A stretch of DNA of 64,000 nt from the NCBI GenBank assembly GCA_965267575.1, contig OZ254086.1, forward strand, positions 1,120,001 through 1,184,000, read 5' to 3'. Both the position numbers and the translations under genes were made by a program. How positions within the stretch are numbered: position 1 is the stretch's first letter; every line of letters starts with the position of its first letter. This DNA is from Calditrichales bacterium (GTDB lineage: Bacteria; Calditrichota; Calditrichia; Calditrichales; J004). Shown one piece after another: positions 6,627 through 16,914 of the stretch. The notes beneath the pieces are model-generated. The model saw only the letters and a list, made by a program, of their open reading frames with translations, had not been told where the DNA came from and searched no databases.

Positions 6627-9209
6627 ATGTTTCAATTCACTAATTATATAATATCCTGTGTTTCCGGGAAAAACGGATATTTTGCCTTTACCCGCAGTAA
6701 ATGGACGCTTTTCTTAGTATTATGCTTTTTTTCCTTTTCTCATTCTCAGAATGTAGAACTGCTTGCACACTTTGATGAACACTCTTTTAGTGACGTATGG
6801 GGATATGATTCTGAAGATGACGGGCATTTTGTGATTGCGGGTGCGACAGAAGGAACATACGTCTACGATGTATCAGATGCGGCTTCGGGAGAAATTACTG
6901 AAATTGCTTTTTTCCCTGGTCCTGGTTCCAGGTGGCGTGATATAAAGACTTACAAAAACTACGCATACGTCGTTAATGATGATGGTGACGGTGAGCTCTT
7001 GATACTTAACATGTCATACATACCTGACAGTGTGATTATTGTTAGCCAGAAAAGCATTAATAATTATCATAACCTTTTTATTGACGAAACAAATGGCCTC
7101 ATGTATTGGGCAGATGATTCACAAGATGGCAAGACAATTATTATGTCATTGGAAGATCCGGAAAATCCTGTATACGTCGGCGAATTTGGAACAGAAACTC
7201 ATGACATATTTGTACGTGGCGGACTGGCATTTACAGCTGAGGGCAGAAAAGGATCCGTTGGTATTTTTGATGTTTCAAAGTCGGATTCTGTGAGCGAAAT
7301 AACCAAGCTACCAATCCCAGATCCAGGATATGTGCACAATACCTGGACAAATTCTGATAACTCAATCTTAATTACAACAGAAGAAACCAGATTCAAAACA
7401 ATTAAAATTTGGGATATAAATGATCTTCAAAATATCGAGCTCTTATCTACTCATATAGGCCCAAGCTTTTTGCCTCATAATGCCCATATTGAAGGTGATT
7501 ATGCATACGTTTCACACTACAGGGCAGGCATGATCGTCATTGACTTAAAAGATCCGCGCAAAAGCGGTATTGTCGGTAGATATGATACCCACTTGGAAAA
7601 TGATGAGCCTCAGTTTGGTGGAAACTGGGGTGTTTATCCGCATAGCTCCTCAGGAAACATCTACCTTAGTGGGGAAAACGGCCTTTTTGTAGTTAAGTTT
7701 AACGGCACAGGTGTTCATCATTTCTCCGGAAATATAATCGATGCAGAAACCAACGAATTTGTTGGAGATGCGCGCATAGATATTAAAGACTTCTGGCATT
7801 CCTTTTACAGCGATTTTAATGGGAATTTCGGTTTCGGATACGGGATTTCAGATTCAATCGAATTTACTATTGGTGCTTTTGGCTACATACAAGAAAACGT
7901 TAAAAAAGAAATTGTAAGCCATACTTACGAAAAACTAAACGTTTCCCTTAAGCCCGCACCGCGCAGTGATCTTAGAGGCATCATAAAAAATATGGAAAAC
8001 CAACCTATTTTAAATGCAAGGGTTAGCATTACCGTCAATGATATTTATTTAGATGATCCGATAACCTATCAAACATTTACTAATGAAAACGGCTTCTATT
8101 TATTCGAAAACCTTCCAGTAAGTGAGGAAAATGTAAGATTTTATACAAACTTCACTGTGGACAGATCATTTCCTTTCGCACCATTAACAATAGATACTTT
8201 AAGTATTCCAGATATCGGGGAAACGGTGGTAGATGTGAGTCTTTCGACCGCGGATGTTTTAGTAATTAACTTAGATTCTTCTAATGATTATAGCACTTTC
8301 GTAACGTCAAGCCTAAAAGAATTAGGCAAAACTGCTACAGTTATTACCGAACAAAGCAGACTCGACTCATTAAGTTCCGGCGACTTAAGCCTGCCCAATG
8401 AAAATTATATCATCGTTATCAGTGGCGACGCGGAAACAGGATTTATCAGTGAAAGCGCATTGGATACCCTTCAAGCTTACGTAGAGAGTGGCGGGAACTT
8501 TATCTTAAGTGGTCAAAACTTTGCCGAATTCCTGAGTACTGCGGATTCTAATTTTCTTAACTGGCTTAACATAGGCTTTGAAGGTAACAGTGATGCAAAA
8601 ATGCTTACCGGACTCCCTTTTACCTCTATCGGAGAAAACGTAAACCGCCTGGGACTTCTATCCACAGAATCTGCTGACAACCAGGAATCACCGGAAATTT
8701 TGAATATTCTTGATAGTGTAAACACAGTACCCATTTTGGAATATCGGGGCTCTGATGGTGAATACGGCGCTGTCGGGACAAAATTTGGTGAAGAACAGGG
8801 ACGCGTGTTTTTTGCCGGCTTTGGTTTGGAAGGCGTCTCAGCAGGAAGTCCGGCTTTCACTAACCGTGCTCAGTTAATTGATTTGATTGAGGATTGGTTT
8901 CAGGAGCCGTTTACAACCATACCTATCGGGGAAACAGGCACCGTAATCAAATTTGAACTTGAACAAAATTTTCCAAATCCCTTCAATCCCTCAACAACAA
9001 TTCGTTATACGCTTGCAAAGCCCGGACACGTGAAAGTAGACATATATACAATCACAGGTAAAAAAGTTGTTCGGTTGTTTGACGGGATGCAACAGGCGGG
9101 CACACACTCTCTGGTTTTTGATGCGTCGGACCTGGCCTCCGGACTCTATTTTTATAATCTCCAAACGCCTCAGTTTAAAGCTACGCAAAAGATGCTATTA
9201 GTACGATAG
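6627..9209 (+). CDS. Choice-of-anchor B / LVIVD-repeat secreted protein with T9SS CTD
   Basis: SDVWGY, WRDIKTY, HNLFID, HNTW, PHNAHI, SHYRAG, GNWGVYP; carboxypeptidase-regulatory-like domains; C-terminal QNFPNPFNP...KMLLVR. Confidence 0.85.
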   Translation: MFQFTNYIISCVSGKNGYFAFTRSKWTLFLVLCFFSFSHSQNVELLAHFDEHSFSDVWGYDSEDDGHFVIAGATEGTYVYDVSDAASGEITEIAFFPGPGSRWRDIKTYKNYAYVVNDDGDGELLILNMSYIPDSVIIVSQKSINNYHNLFIDETNGLMYWADDSQDGKTIIMSLEDPENPVYVGEFGTETHDIFVRGGLAFTAEGRKGSVGIFDVSKSDSVSEITKLPIPDPGYVHNTWTNSDNSILITTEETRFKTIKIWDINDLQNIELLSTHIGPSFLPHNAHIEGDYAYVSHYRAGMIVIDLKDPRKSGIVGRYDTHLENDEPQFGGNWGVYPHSSSGNIYLSGENGLFVVKFNGTGVHHFSGNIIDAETNEFVGDARIDIKDFWHSFYSDFNGNFGFGYGISDSIEFTIGAFGYIQENVKKEIVSHTYEKLNVSLKPAPRSDLRGIIKNMENQPILNARVSITVNDIYLDDPITYQTFTNENGFYLFENLPVSEENVRFYTNFTVDRSFPFAPLTIDTLSIPDIGETVVDVSLSTADVLVINLDSSNDYSTFVTSSLKELGKTATVITEQSRLDSLSSGDLSLPNENYIIVISGDAETGFISESALDTLQAYVESGGNFILSGQNFAEFLSTADSNFLNWLNIGFEGNSDAKMLTGLPFTSIGENVNRLGLLSTESADNQESPEILNILDSVNTVPILEYRGSDGEYGAVGTKFGEEQGRVFFAGFGLEGVSAGSPAFTNRAQLIDLIEDWFQEPFTTIPIGETGTVIKFELEQNFPNPFNPSTTIRYTLAKPGHVKVDIYTITGKKVVRLFDGMQQAGTHSLVFDASDLASGLYFYNLQTPQFKATQKMLLVR

Positions 9210-9246
9210 CATCCCGTAATTATCTGAATCAAGAAGGTGATAAGTA

Positions 9247-10628
9247 TGAGAGTTCTTCTTACTACATTTTTAGCTTCTTTCGTTTCTCTATACAATTGTA
9301 GCGAAAATGAAGACTCTGTTAACGAAGGGGCCATTAGCTATAACACTGTAGACAGCATTATATATTCGAAACATGTAAATCCGTTATTGGTTGAGGCATC
9401 GGCCACTTTAGTACAAAATGGTATATATCCTGAAGGACTTAAAGTGGATACATGGGAAAACCTGATTAGCGGTTTTAGCGGTGGTGAAGTTTTGATACCT
9501 TATGATGCGGAAAATAGTTTGCTTATTGAGTTATTATCGAAAATGGATTTAGGCGACGATGCGCCAGACACTTCTGAAATAAACTTTTTGAAACGCTGGA
9601 TTAATGAAGGCGCGAAAAATGATGCCGGCGAAGTTCCCTATGAAAACAGCAGCGATTTGGTCTATGTCTGCAACCAGGGTGACGCCAGTGTTTCGGTGAT
9701 CGACGCGCAGGCGCAGCTGGTTATCCGGCGCATTGACCTGCAGGAACTGGGCTATTCGGCAAGCGCCAAACCGCACCACATTGCCGTGGAAGCCGATGGC
9801 AGCGCCTGGTACGTCAGCCTGATTGGCGAAAACAGGGTGCTCAAATTCAACCGCGCCAACCAAATGCTAGGATCGGTTGAGACACAGGTGCCCGGACTGC
9901 TCTATATACATCCCATAAGCAGTAAACTTTATGTGGGCCGCTCCATGTCCGCCGTAAACCCGCCTTCGTCCATCGCCGTGGTTAACCGCGATCAGATGAC
10001 GCTAATGACGGAAATCCCGCTGGTGTTTGACAGGCCCCACGCGCTGCTGGCACAATCCAACGGCAAATATCTCTTTTCGGCCAGCCTCGCCGAGAACCGA
10101 ATCGCCATAATCGATGTGGCGACGGATGAAGTGGAAGATTACTTTACCGACAGCGGCGACGCTTTTGTTTATGTGCACTTTTCGGAATCGGCCGACAACG
10201 GCAAACTCTACGCGACGGGTCAGGTAAGCAACAAGCTGCACATTTACAACGTTTCCGCTTCCGGCGAAATCAGCGTTGCCAATACGGTTGATGCGGATAT
10301 GGCGCCGTGGCATCCGCTGACGCTCGCCGATGGCAATGTTGTCTTTGGCAACCAGAAATCCAATACGGTCAGCATCGTTGATCCGGCCATGGCCTCAATC
10401 AGCAAAACAATCAGCGGCAATGGTTTGTCTATGCCTCACGGCAGCGCCATCAGCAACGACGGGCGCTATCTGTTTATCTCCAGTCGCAACATCAACGGCG
10501 GCTATACACCACGCTACCCGTTTGATGTTGCCGCGGAAACGGGTACAGTGGCGGTGATTGACCTGCAGACGCAGAGCCTGGTAAAAGTGCTGGAAATCGG
10601 CGCGCAACCCAGCGGCATGGGAGGTTAA
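9247..10628 (+). CDS. YncE/YVTN-type beta-propeller lipoprotein with an N-terminal cytochrome-c-like domain lacking CxxCH
   Basis: Signal peptide ending LYNC; YVCNQGDASVSVIDA, KPHHIAV, RPHAL, GTVAVIDL propeller blades. Start is either GTG 9237 or the in-frame ATG about 10 nt downstream. Confidence 0.75.
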
Positions 10629-10863
10629 AGCGATTGCTGTTAAGTCCCTTATTTTCCTTATGACCTAAATTAGTTCTGTTTCAAAACCTCCGGCAGGATC
10701 TGTTGTTTTACATATCTTCTGTTCCCCACCGGGCGTAAAGCGCTCAGATCCTGCCTTTTATTGCCAATAAAGCATTAAAATCTTCTTAAAAAGTAGGTGA
10801 TGCCTATGATTGTGAAAATTTGATTTTGTGAAAACATACTAACTTTAAACTTTGAGGTTAACC

Positions 10864-11190
10864 ATGAAATCCAGTTTAAATTCTTTAATTAAATATTTGT
10901 TTGTATTAATGCTCATAGCCTGATGTATGCAGGATCCATCACCGGTATCATCAGATTCCGCTGAGTCAAATAAAGATTCACAAATTCATGAAGCTCTGAC
11001 TGAACTGGAAGAAACCGCCTCTGAGATCAATAGCAGCATATTAAATAAAAAGTCCGTCAGCGGAATGGTTATTCTACCGGCGGGTTCGGCTGACGGCCTT
11101 AAGAGCGCTGTTGACAAGGCGGGGCCACACGGAATAGTACTTGTCAAATCGGGCCTACACGTAGATACTTCTGTTGATCCATGTTTTTAA
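10864..11190 (+). pseudogene. Lipoprotein remnant: in-frame TGA in the lipobox, 3'-truncated
   Basis: ATG 10864 MKSSLNSLIKYLFVLMLIA-TGA(10921)-C-MQDPSP...; ends after GSADGLKSAVDKAGPHGIVLVKSGLH, which resembles the start of a beta-helix domain. Confidence 0.65.
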
Positions 11191-11230
11191 AATGATACCC
11201 GGACTTTGATTTAGAACGATTTGAAAAAAT

Positions 11231-11262
11231 AAAAGCCCCGGCTTCTTAACGTCCGGGGCTTA
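11231..11262. terminator. Hairpin, possible terminator
   Basis: AAGCCCCGG...CCGGGGCTT with A/T-rich flanks. Confidence 0.5.
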
Positions 11263-11400
11263 TTAATTTGGCGAAGAATGTATTATTTTCCAGCAGGAAG
11301 TATCCTCTTTACTTAGAGTCTCGCAGATACATTCCCATTTCAATTTGTCAGATTATTTTCGTATTATCCCTGCCTCGAATATTAATGGAAATACACTTTC

Positions 11401-12582
11401 ATGAGCACACACGATTACGGATCCGATGTCCACGTTGTGGAACAGGAAGGGCGGCAATTTATTATTGTCGGGACGGCGCATATTTCACAGCAAAGCGCCG
11501 ACCTGGTACGAAAAGTCATAGAACAGGAAAAACCGGACACGGTTTGCGTGGAGCTGGATACACAGCGCTATAAGTCTTTAAAGGAAGAAAGTCGCTGGGA
11601 AAACCTGGATCTGAAAACCGTTATCCGCGAAAAACAGCTTTCCACATTGCTGATTAATTTATTGCTGGGATCGTATCAAAAGCGGCTGGGCAAAAAACTG
11701 GGCGTTAACCCCGGCGTGGAATTGCTGGAGGCAACAAAGGCCGCCGACGAAAATGACATCCCGGTGGAGCTGTGCGACCGTGATGTGCGCATTACTTTAA
11801 AACGCGCCTGGGGCCATCTTTCATTTATGGAAAAAATGGGGCTGCTTTCATCCGGATTGGCCGGTTTGCTGAGTGATGAAGAGATCAGCGAGGAGCGGCT
11901 GGCGGAGATACGACAAAAAGACGTATTGAACGAAATGATGCGTGAGCTGGGTGAAGCCATGCCCAGCCTGAAGCACGTGCTGATCGATGAGCGCGACCAG
12001 TACATCAGCGAGAAGATGAGCCTTGCCGGGGGCAAGAAAATCGTAAGCGTTGTTGGCGCGGGCCACGTGGAAGGAATTCTGAAAACGCTGCAGGACAAAA
12101 GCGAAACCGACATGGAAGCGATCGAACAGATACCGCCGCCAAGTCCATGGCCAAAGGTAATTGGCTGGGCCATACCGGTCGTTATCCTGGCATCCATCGC
12201 TTACATCGGTTTTACGCAGGGCGCGGGGCGCGCGGGAGACAACGCGTTGTTCTGGGTTCTGGCCAATGGTATCCCCAGCGGAATCGGCGTGCTGGCCGCG
12301 CTTGGCCACCCCATCACGGTGATAACGGCCTTTCTTGCCGCACCCTTTACGAGTTTGACACCCCTTATCGGCGCGGGCTATGTGGCTGCTTTTGTTCAAG
12401 CCTACGTGCAACCGCCGCTTGTGAAAGAATTTAAAACCGTTATGGATGACGCGGCTAAAATAGCATCGTGGTGGAAGAACCGCCTGCTTCGTGTTTTTCT
12501 TGTATTCATCCTGGCATCTTTGGGCAGCGTTGTCGGCACATACGTTGGCGCCTACGAGATCATCAGCAATCTCTTCCGCTGA
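11401..12582 (+). CDS. TraB/GumN (PrgY-like) family protein
   Basis: IVGTAHIS...PDTVCVELD, DRDVRITLKRAW, LIDERDQY, VVGAGHVEGI, C-terminal TM helices. Confidence 0.9.
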   Translation: MSTHDYGSDVHVVEQEGRQFIIVGTAHISQQSADLVRKVIEQEKPDTVCVELDTQRYKSLKEESRWENLDLKTVIREKQLSTLLINLLLGSYQKRLGKKLGVNPGVELLEATKAADENDIPVELCDRDVRITLKRAWGHLSFMEKMGLLSSGLAGLLSDEEISEERLAEIRQKDVLNEMMRELGEAMPSLKHVLIDERDQYISEKMSLAGGKKIVSVVGAGHVEGILKTLQDKSETDMEAIEQIPPPSPWPKVIGWAIPVVILASIAYIGFTQGAGRAGDNALFWVLANGIPSGIGVLAALGHPITVITAFLAAPFTSLTPLIGAGYVAAFVQAYVQPPLVKEFKTVMDDAAKIASWWKNRLLRVFLVFILASLGSVVGTYVGAYEIISNLFR

Positions 12583-12609
12583 TTTGGCGCTTATAAAGCG
12601 TAAATTATA

Positions 12610-12759
12610 TGACAGAATTTCTGTTCTTCTGTCAGACCTGCGCGACATCGTTCTGCACGCTAAGCAGGCCTCGGTATATTGCAATCACAAAAAAGACCAT
12701 TAACTTGTTGATTATTAATAACTTAAATGCACGCCCTTTATAAGTGGCACAGAAATTGA
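12610..12759 (+). promoter_or_regulatory. Putative sigma54-type promoter with IHF site and upstream inverted repeat for groESL
   Basis: TGGCAC-AGAAA-TTGA (12745-12759); IHF consensus AATCAACAAGTTA on the minus strand (12701-12713); TGACAGAA-N9-TTCTGTCA (12610-12634). Confidence 0.55.
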
Positions 12760-12832
12760 TAAAAGAAGGAACGTCTTGTTATAAAATTTGGCAGACCTGA
12801 AACAACTAAAAAAATAACAAAGGAGAACAAGA

Positions 12833-13123
12833 ATGAACATCAGACCATTAGGTGATCGTCTGTTGGTAAAACCGGCATCTGAAGAAACCAAGACAGCCGG
12901 TGGAATTATTGTTCCGGACACCGCGAAAGAAAAGCCCATGCGTGGCGAAGTTGTTGCGGCCGGTCCCGGAAAACTGGGCGATGACGGCAAGCGCCAGCCC
13001 ATGGATGTAAAAAAAGGCGATATGGTTATGTACGGCAAGTACGCCGGAACCGAGTTTAAAATGGATAATACCGATTATTTAATACTCTCGCAAAGCGATA
13101 TTTTCGCAATCGTTGAAAAGTAA
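12833..13123 (+). CDS. groES: Co-chaperonin GroES
   Basis: MNIRPLGDRLLVK...KTAGGIIVPDTAKEKP...GEVVAAGPG...YGKYAGTE. Confidence 0.98.
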   Translation: MNIRPLGDRLLVKPASEETKTAGGIIVPDTAKEKPMRGEVVAAGPGKLGDDGKRQPMDVKKGDMVMYGKYAGTEFKMDNTDYLILSQSDIFAIVEK

Positions 13124-13156
13124 ACCCCATTCACATAAAAATAAAAGAGGTTGAAA

Positions 13157-14794
13157 ATGGCTAGTAAAGATATACTTTTTGATCAGGAAGCTTTTAATAA
13201 GCTTAAAAAAGGTATCGATGTGCTTGCCCGGACCGTTAAAGTAACATTAGGTCCCAAAGGCAAAAACGTTGTTATCGATAAGAAATTCGGTGCGCCGACC
13301 GTAACTAAAGACGGCGTAACCGTTGCCAAGGAAATTGAACTGGAAGATCCGTTTGAAAACATGGGCGCCCAGATGGTTAAAGAAGTTGCGTCCAAAACAA
13401 GCGATGTGGCCGGTGACGGTACCACAACCGCTACGGTTCTGGCCCAGGCTATTTTTACGCAAGGTCTGAAAAACGTCACCGCCGGTTCCAATCCTACCGA
13501 ACTGAAGCGCGGTATTGATGCTGCTGTTCTTAAAGTTGTTGCGCATCTGCGCAGCATGTCCCGTGAAGTTTCCGGCAAGAAAGAGATTGCCCAGGTGGGT
13601 ACGATTTCTGCCAACAACGACAAAACGATCGGCGAACTGATTGCTGACGCCATGGACAAAGTAGGCAAAGACGGCGTTATCACCGTTGAAGAAGCCAAGT
13701 CCATTGAAACCACCCTCGATGTGGTTGAAGGTATGCAGTTCGACCGCGGTTATGTTTCCCCTTACTTCGTAACAGACAGCGAAACTATGGAAGCTGTTCT
13801 GGACAATCCCAACATTCTCATTTATGACAAAAAGATCAGCGCCATGAAGGACCTGCTGCCGATACTTGAAAAATCGGCCCAGAGCGGCAAGCCTCTCGTA
13901 ATTATCGCTGAAGACATCGAAGGCGAAGCGCTGGCTACACTGGTTGTTAACAAGCTGCGCGGCACATTGAAAGTAGCCGCCGTTAAAGCACCCGGTTTTG
14001 GTGATCGTCGTAAAGCCATGCTGGAAGACATTGCCATCCTGACCGGTGGTCGCGTTATCAGCGAAGAGACCGGCTTCAAGCTGGAAAGCGCTTCTTTGGA
14101 TGATCTGGGTACGGCTGCCCGCATCACGATCGATAAAGAGAATACAACGATCGTTGAAGGCGCCGGCTCCAGCGAAGATATCAAAGGCCGTGTGGCTCAG
14201 ATACGCAGCCAGATTGAAAACACGACCAGCGACTACGACCGCGAAAAACTGCAGGAACGTTTGGCCAAGCTGGCCGGCGGTGTTGCCGTGATCAAAATCG
14301 GTGCCGCTACCGAAGTTGAAATGAAGGAAAAGAAAGCCCGCGTGGAAGATGCTTTGCATGCAACCCGCGCCGCTGTGGAAGAAGGCATCGTTCCGGGTGG
14401 TGGTGTGGCCCTGCTGCGCTGCCTGAGCGTTCTGGAAAACATGGAGCTGGAAGGCGACCAGCAGATTGGTGTTGAGATCGTGCGCCGCGCCCTTGAAGAG
14501 CCGCTGCGTCAGATCGTCGCCAACGCAGGCCTGGAAGGTTCCGTGATCGTACAGAAAGTTAAGGAAGGTAAAGATGATTACGGCTTTAACGCAGCCACCG
14601 AAGAGTTCGAAGGTCTGCTGGAAGCCGGTGTTATCGACCCGACCAAGGTAACACGCAGCGCCCTGGAAAACGCTTCGTCCGTATCCGGCCTGCTGCTGAT
14701 GACCGAAGCGGTTATCGCCGAACATCCGGAAGACGAGCCTGCAACACCTGCGGGTGGCGGTATGCCTCCGGGCGGTATGGGCGGAATGTACTAA
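13157..14794 (+). CDS. groEL: Chaperonin GroEL
   Basis: [45 protein letters not shown]-terminal tail; ATG at 13157. Confidence 0.99.
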   Translation: MASKDILFDQEAFNKLKKGIDVLARTVKVTLGPKGKNVVIDKKFGAPTVTKDGVTVAKEIELEDPFENMGAQMVKEVASKTSDVAGDGTTTATVLAQAIFTQGLKNVTAGSNPTELKRGIDAAVLKVVAHLRSMSREVSGKKEIAQVGTISANNDKTIGELIADAMDKVGKDGVITVEEAKSIETTLDVVEGMQFDRGYVSPYFVTDSETMEAVLDNPNILIYDKKISAMKDLLPILEKSAQSGKPLVIIAEDIEGEALATLVVNKLRGTLKVAAVKAPGFGDRRKAMLEDIAILTGGRVISEETGFKLESASLDDLGTAARITIDKENTTIVEGAGSSEDIKGRVAQIRSQIENTTSDYDREKLQERLAKLAGGVAVIKIGAATEVEMKEKKARVEDALHATRAAVEEGIVPGGGVALLRCLSVLENMELEGDQQIGVEIVRRALEEPLRQIVANAGLEGSVIVQKVKEGKDDYGFNAATEEFEGLLEAGVIDPTKVTRSALENASSVSGLLLMTEAVIAEHPEDEPATPAGGGMPPGGMGGMY

Positions 14795-14813
14795 AATCCA
14801 ACCGCTTAAAAGC

Positions 14814-14844
14814 AAAAAGGCAGTCCATCGGGCTGCCTTTTTTT
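14814..14844 (+). terminator. Intrinsic terminator of groESL
   Basis: AAAAAGGCAGTCC-ATC-GGGCTGCCTTTTTTT. Confidence 0.85.
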
Positions 14845-15198
14845 GTTTGGGGAAGATTTGGAACTTTCAAATATCAAAATTCAAATAACAAATAAATTTT
14901 AAATACCAAAAAGAATAACGTCAATTGGCATTGTCATCTCGAAGGGCTACTGCCCGAGAGAACCCGCTCGCGTACACCGATCTGTAAAAATCTTCTCTGC
15001 GGAACAACTGACTAGTTTTTCTACCTTTGCAGATCAATTACAATTTTTACCTCGAGTGTACTAGCGGTGAATTCTTTAATCGTTTTGAACAATAGATTCG
15101 TCTACTGGTGAGATGACGTAGTCAGCAGATTTCACCTTGTTCATTTCCATGAAAGACTGAGCATCCACCCGACGTTCCCACAAATATATCCATGTTTT

Positions 15199-15655
15199 CT
15201 AATTGGATATTTTTTGAACAAATGGTCTGCTAGTGGAACTGGATAAGACCATAAACAGCCCCGATATATCCGGATTTTTGCTTGTCATGATTATTTCTTC
15301 AAAAATAAAATTGATATGAATGCGAATAACGAAACCACAAATAAATAAATCAGAATTTTTTCGCCAAAAACAACCATACAAAAAACTCCAACAACGAGTG
15401 TCGAAAAAATAAGGCAAAAGTAGTCCCAGCTTTTTTAGTTTAATCTTAATAGTGCCTTTAATTAAGCTGAATACTACAAAACTATTTCTTACAGTTGTTA
15501 TAACAGAATAAAAAAACAAGACCAGCATAATTAGTGCTTTGAGAGAATACTCATACCAAATAAAAAGTGATACCGATACCATCAAGATAGCTTTTATAAA
15601 TATCTCAAGTGCTTGATTGCTTTTGTATTTTTACAAAACGCTTATTTTTTATCAT
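15199..15655 (-). other. AT-rich hypothetical membrane protein, possibly a frameshifted remnant
   Basis: 128-aa hydrophobic ORF 15199-15585. Its frame is open a little further upstream, and an ATG at 15655 would join it with a 1-nt indel in an A-run. Confidence 0.3.
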
Positions 15656-15739
15656 TACTATCTAAATCTCACATCGCGGTGTGGTTAAACGGCCAACCTC
15701 GATAAAAAAATCGGGACAGGCCGGATTGGCAGATGTTAA

Positions 15740-15813
15740 TGTCATCCCGGCCTTAGCGCCGGGATCTTTTCCCAGTTTCCCAAATACTATCCTGCCGACG
15801 TACCGCGATGACA
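15740..15813. repeat. REP-like element with TGTCATC...GATGACA inverted ends
   Basis: TGTCATCCCGGCCTTAGCGCCGGGATCT palindrome and a distal GATGACA; similar GTCATCTC...GAGATGAC ends at 14933-15117. Confidence 0.55.
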
Positions 15814-15857
15814 AATTTCAGAATAAGACAATAATTCTTAATTCCTAATTCTTTGAT

Positions 15858-16775
15858 TCACTCCAGCTCCGTATCAAACTTCTTCTCCTCCACATAAGTC
15901 ACCTTCATGATGCTGTAAAAAAGAATGGCAACGCCCAACCACTGCACGGGTCCCAAAATGTTATCGCGTAAGAAAAATTCCAGCAGCACGGCGGTAAGCG
16001 GAAAGGCCAGCTCGCAAATGGTTGCCACGGAGGCCTTGATCCGTTTGAGTCCGTAATAGTACAGAAAAATCCCCGGGCCGCCGGTAAGAAAAGCGATGAT
16101 CAGGAAAACCGTCCATTGCTCGCTGCTAACCTGGCCGACCTGCGTAATGGTGCCGCTGCTGCCGGAGACAACCAGCATAACCATAGCGGTAAAAAGGAAG
16201 CGCAGGTAAGTGGCGTCTTTAAATTCCACGTTTTTTAAGGCGCGCTTGCTCAGCACGGTGGAAGAGGCAAAACCCAGCGTGGCCAGGATGGCAAAAAACG
16301 CAGCCATCAGCGTTTGATTGTCATCATCCAGAACAGGAAGCTTAAAGCCGAAAGTCATGATATAAGCGCCGATAACGGCCAGCACCGCCCAAATGTAAAA
16401 AGCGCGTCCCGGCTTTTCTTTCAGCAGGATGGAAGCCAGGATGATGGCAAAAACCGGCTGCAATTTCTGGATCAGCACCACGATGGACAGGTTGACGTAG
16501 TTGACGTAAAACAAAGCCTTGGTGATAGCCATCGTGCCCACGGCGCCGCCCATGATGGCCACGCCGAGAAAGGCCAGCCAGTCGTTGCGTTTAAGCTTTT
16601 TAAATAGCCGGAAAGAGCGATACAAAAACGGCGATAATATTATCGTGATAATAAAACTTTCCACAAACACCACCATGGAAACGGGCAGCGTGTAGAGATA
16701 AGGTCTCAGGAAAACGCCATCCACGCCCCACAGCGTTGCAGCAATAATGACAAACAAAGCAGCTATGCGATCCAT
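15858..16775 (-). CDS. DMT/EamA family transporter
   Basis: 305 aa, about 10 TM helices, ATLWG, LIQKLQPVFAIILASILLKEK, YYYGLKRIKASVATICEL. Confidence 0.9.
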   Translation of the reverse strand: MDRIAALFVIIAATLWGVDGVFLRPYLYTLPVSMVVFVESFIITIILSPFLYRSFRLFKKLKRNDWLAFLGVAIMGGAVGTMAITKALFYVNYVNLSIVVLIQKLQPVFAIILASILLKEKPGRAFYIWAVLAVIGAYIMTFGFKLPVLDDDNQTLMAAFFAILATLGFASSTVLSKRALKNVEFKDATYLRFLFTAMVMLVVSGSSGTITQVGQVSSEQWTVFLIIAFLTGGPGIFLYYYGLKRIKASVATICELAFPLTAVLLEFFLRDNILGPVQWLGVAILFYSIMKVTYVEEKKFDTELE

Positions 16776-16914
16776 ACAATCTCCGCAGGATAATGCAATA
16801 AAATATCCTTAACGTTAATGAAATATGCAAAAACGAGTTGCAGTTTTGACATAATTAATCGAAAATAAACGGTTTTGTAAATAATTAAGGAATTTAAGGA
16901 AAGGATTTTATTAA

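Noticed and set aside
10921-10923. Selenocysteine recoding of the in-frame TGA
   Set aside because: The position corresponds to the lipobox Gly, not a catalytic Cys; the gene is also truncated and no convincing SECIS hairpin was seen.
13247-14815. 522-aa ORF antisense to groEL
   Set aside because: Long antisense frames are a common by-product of codon bias in highly expressed genes; no recognisable domain.
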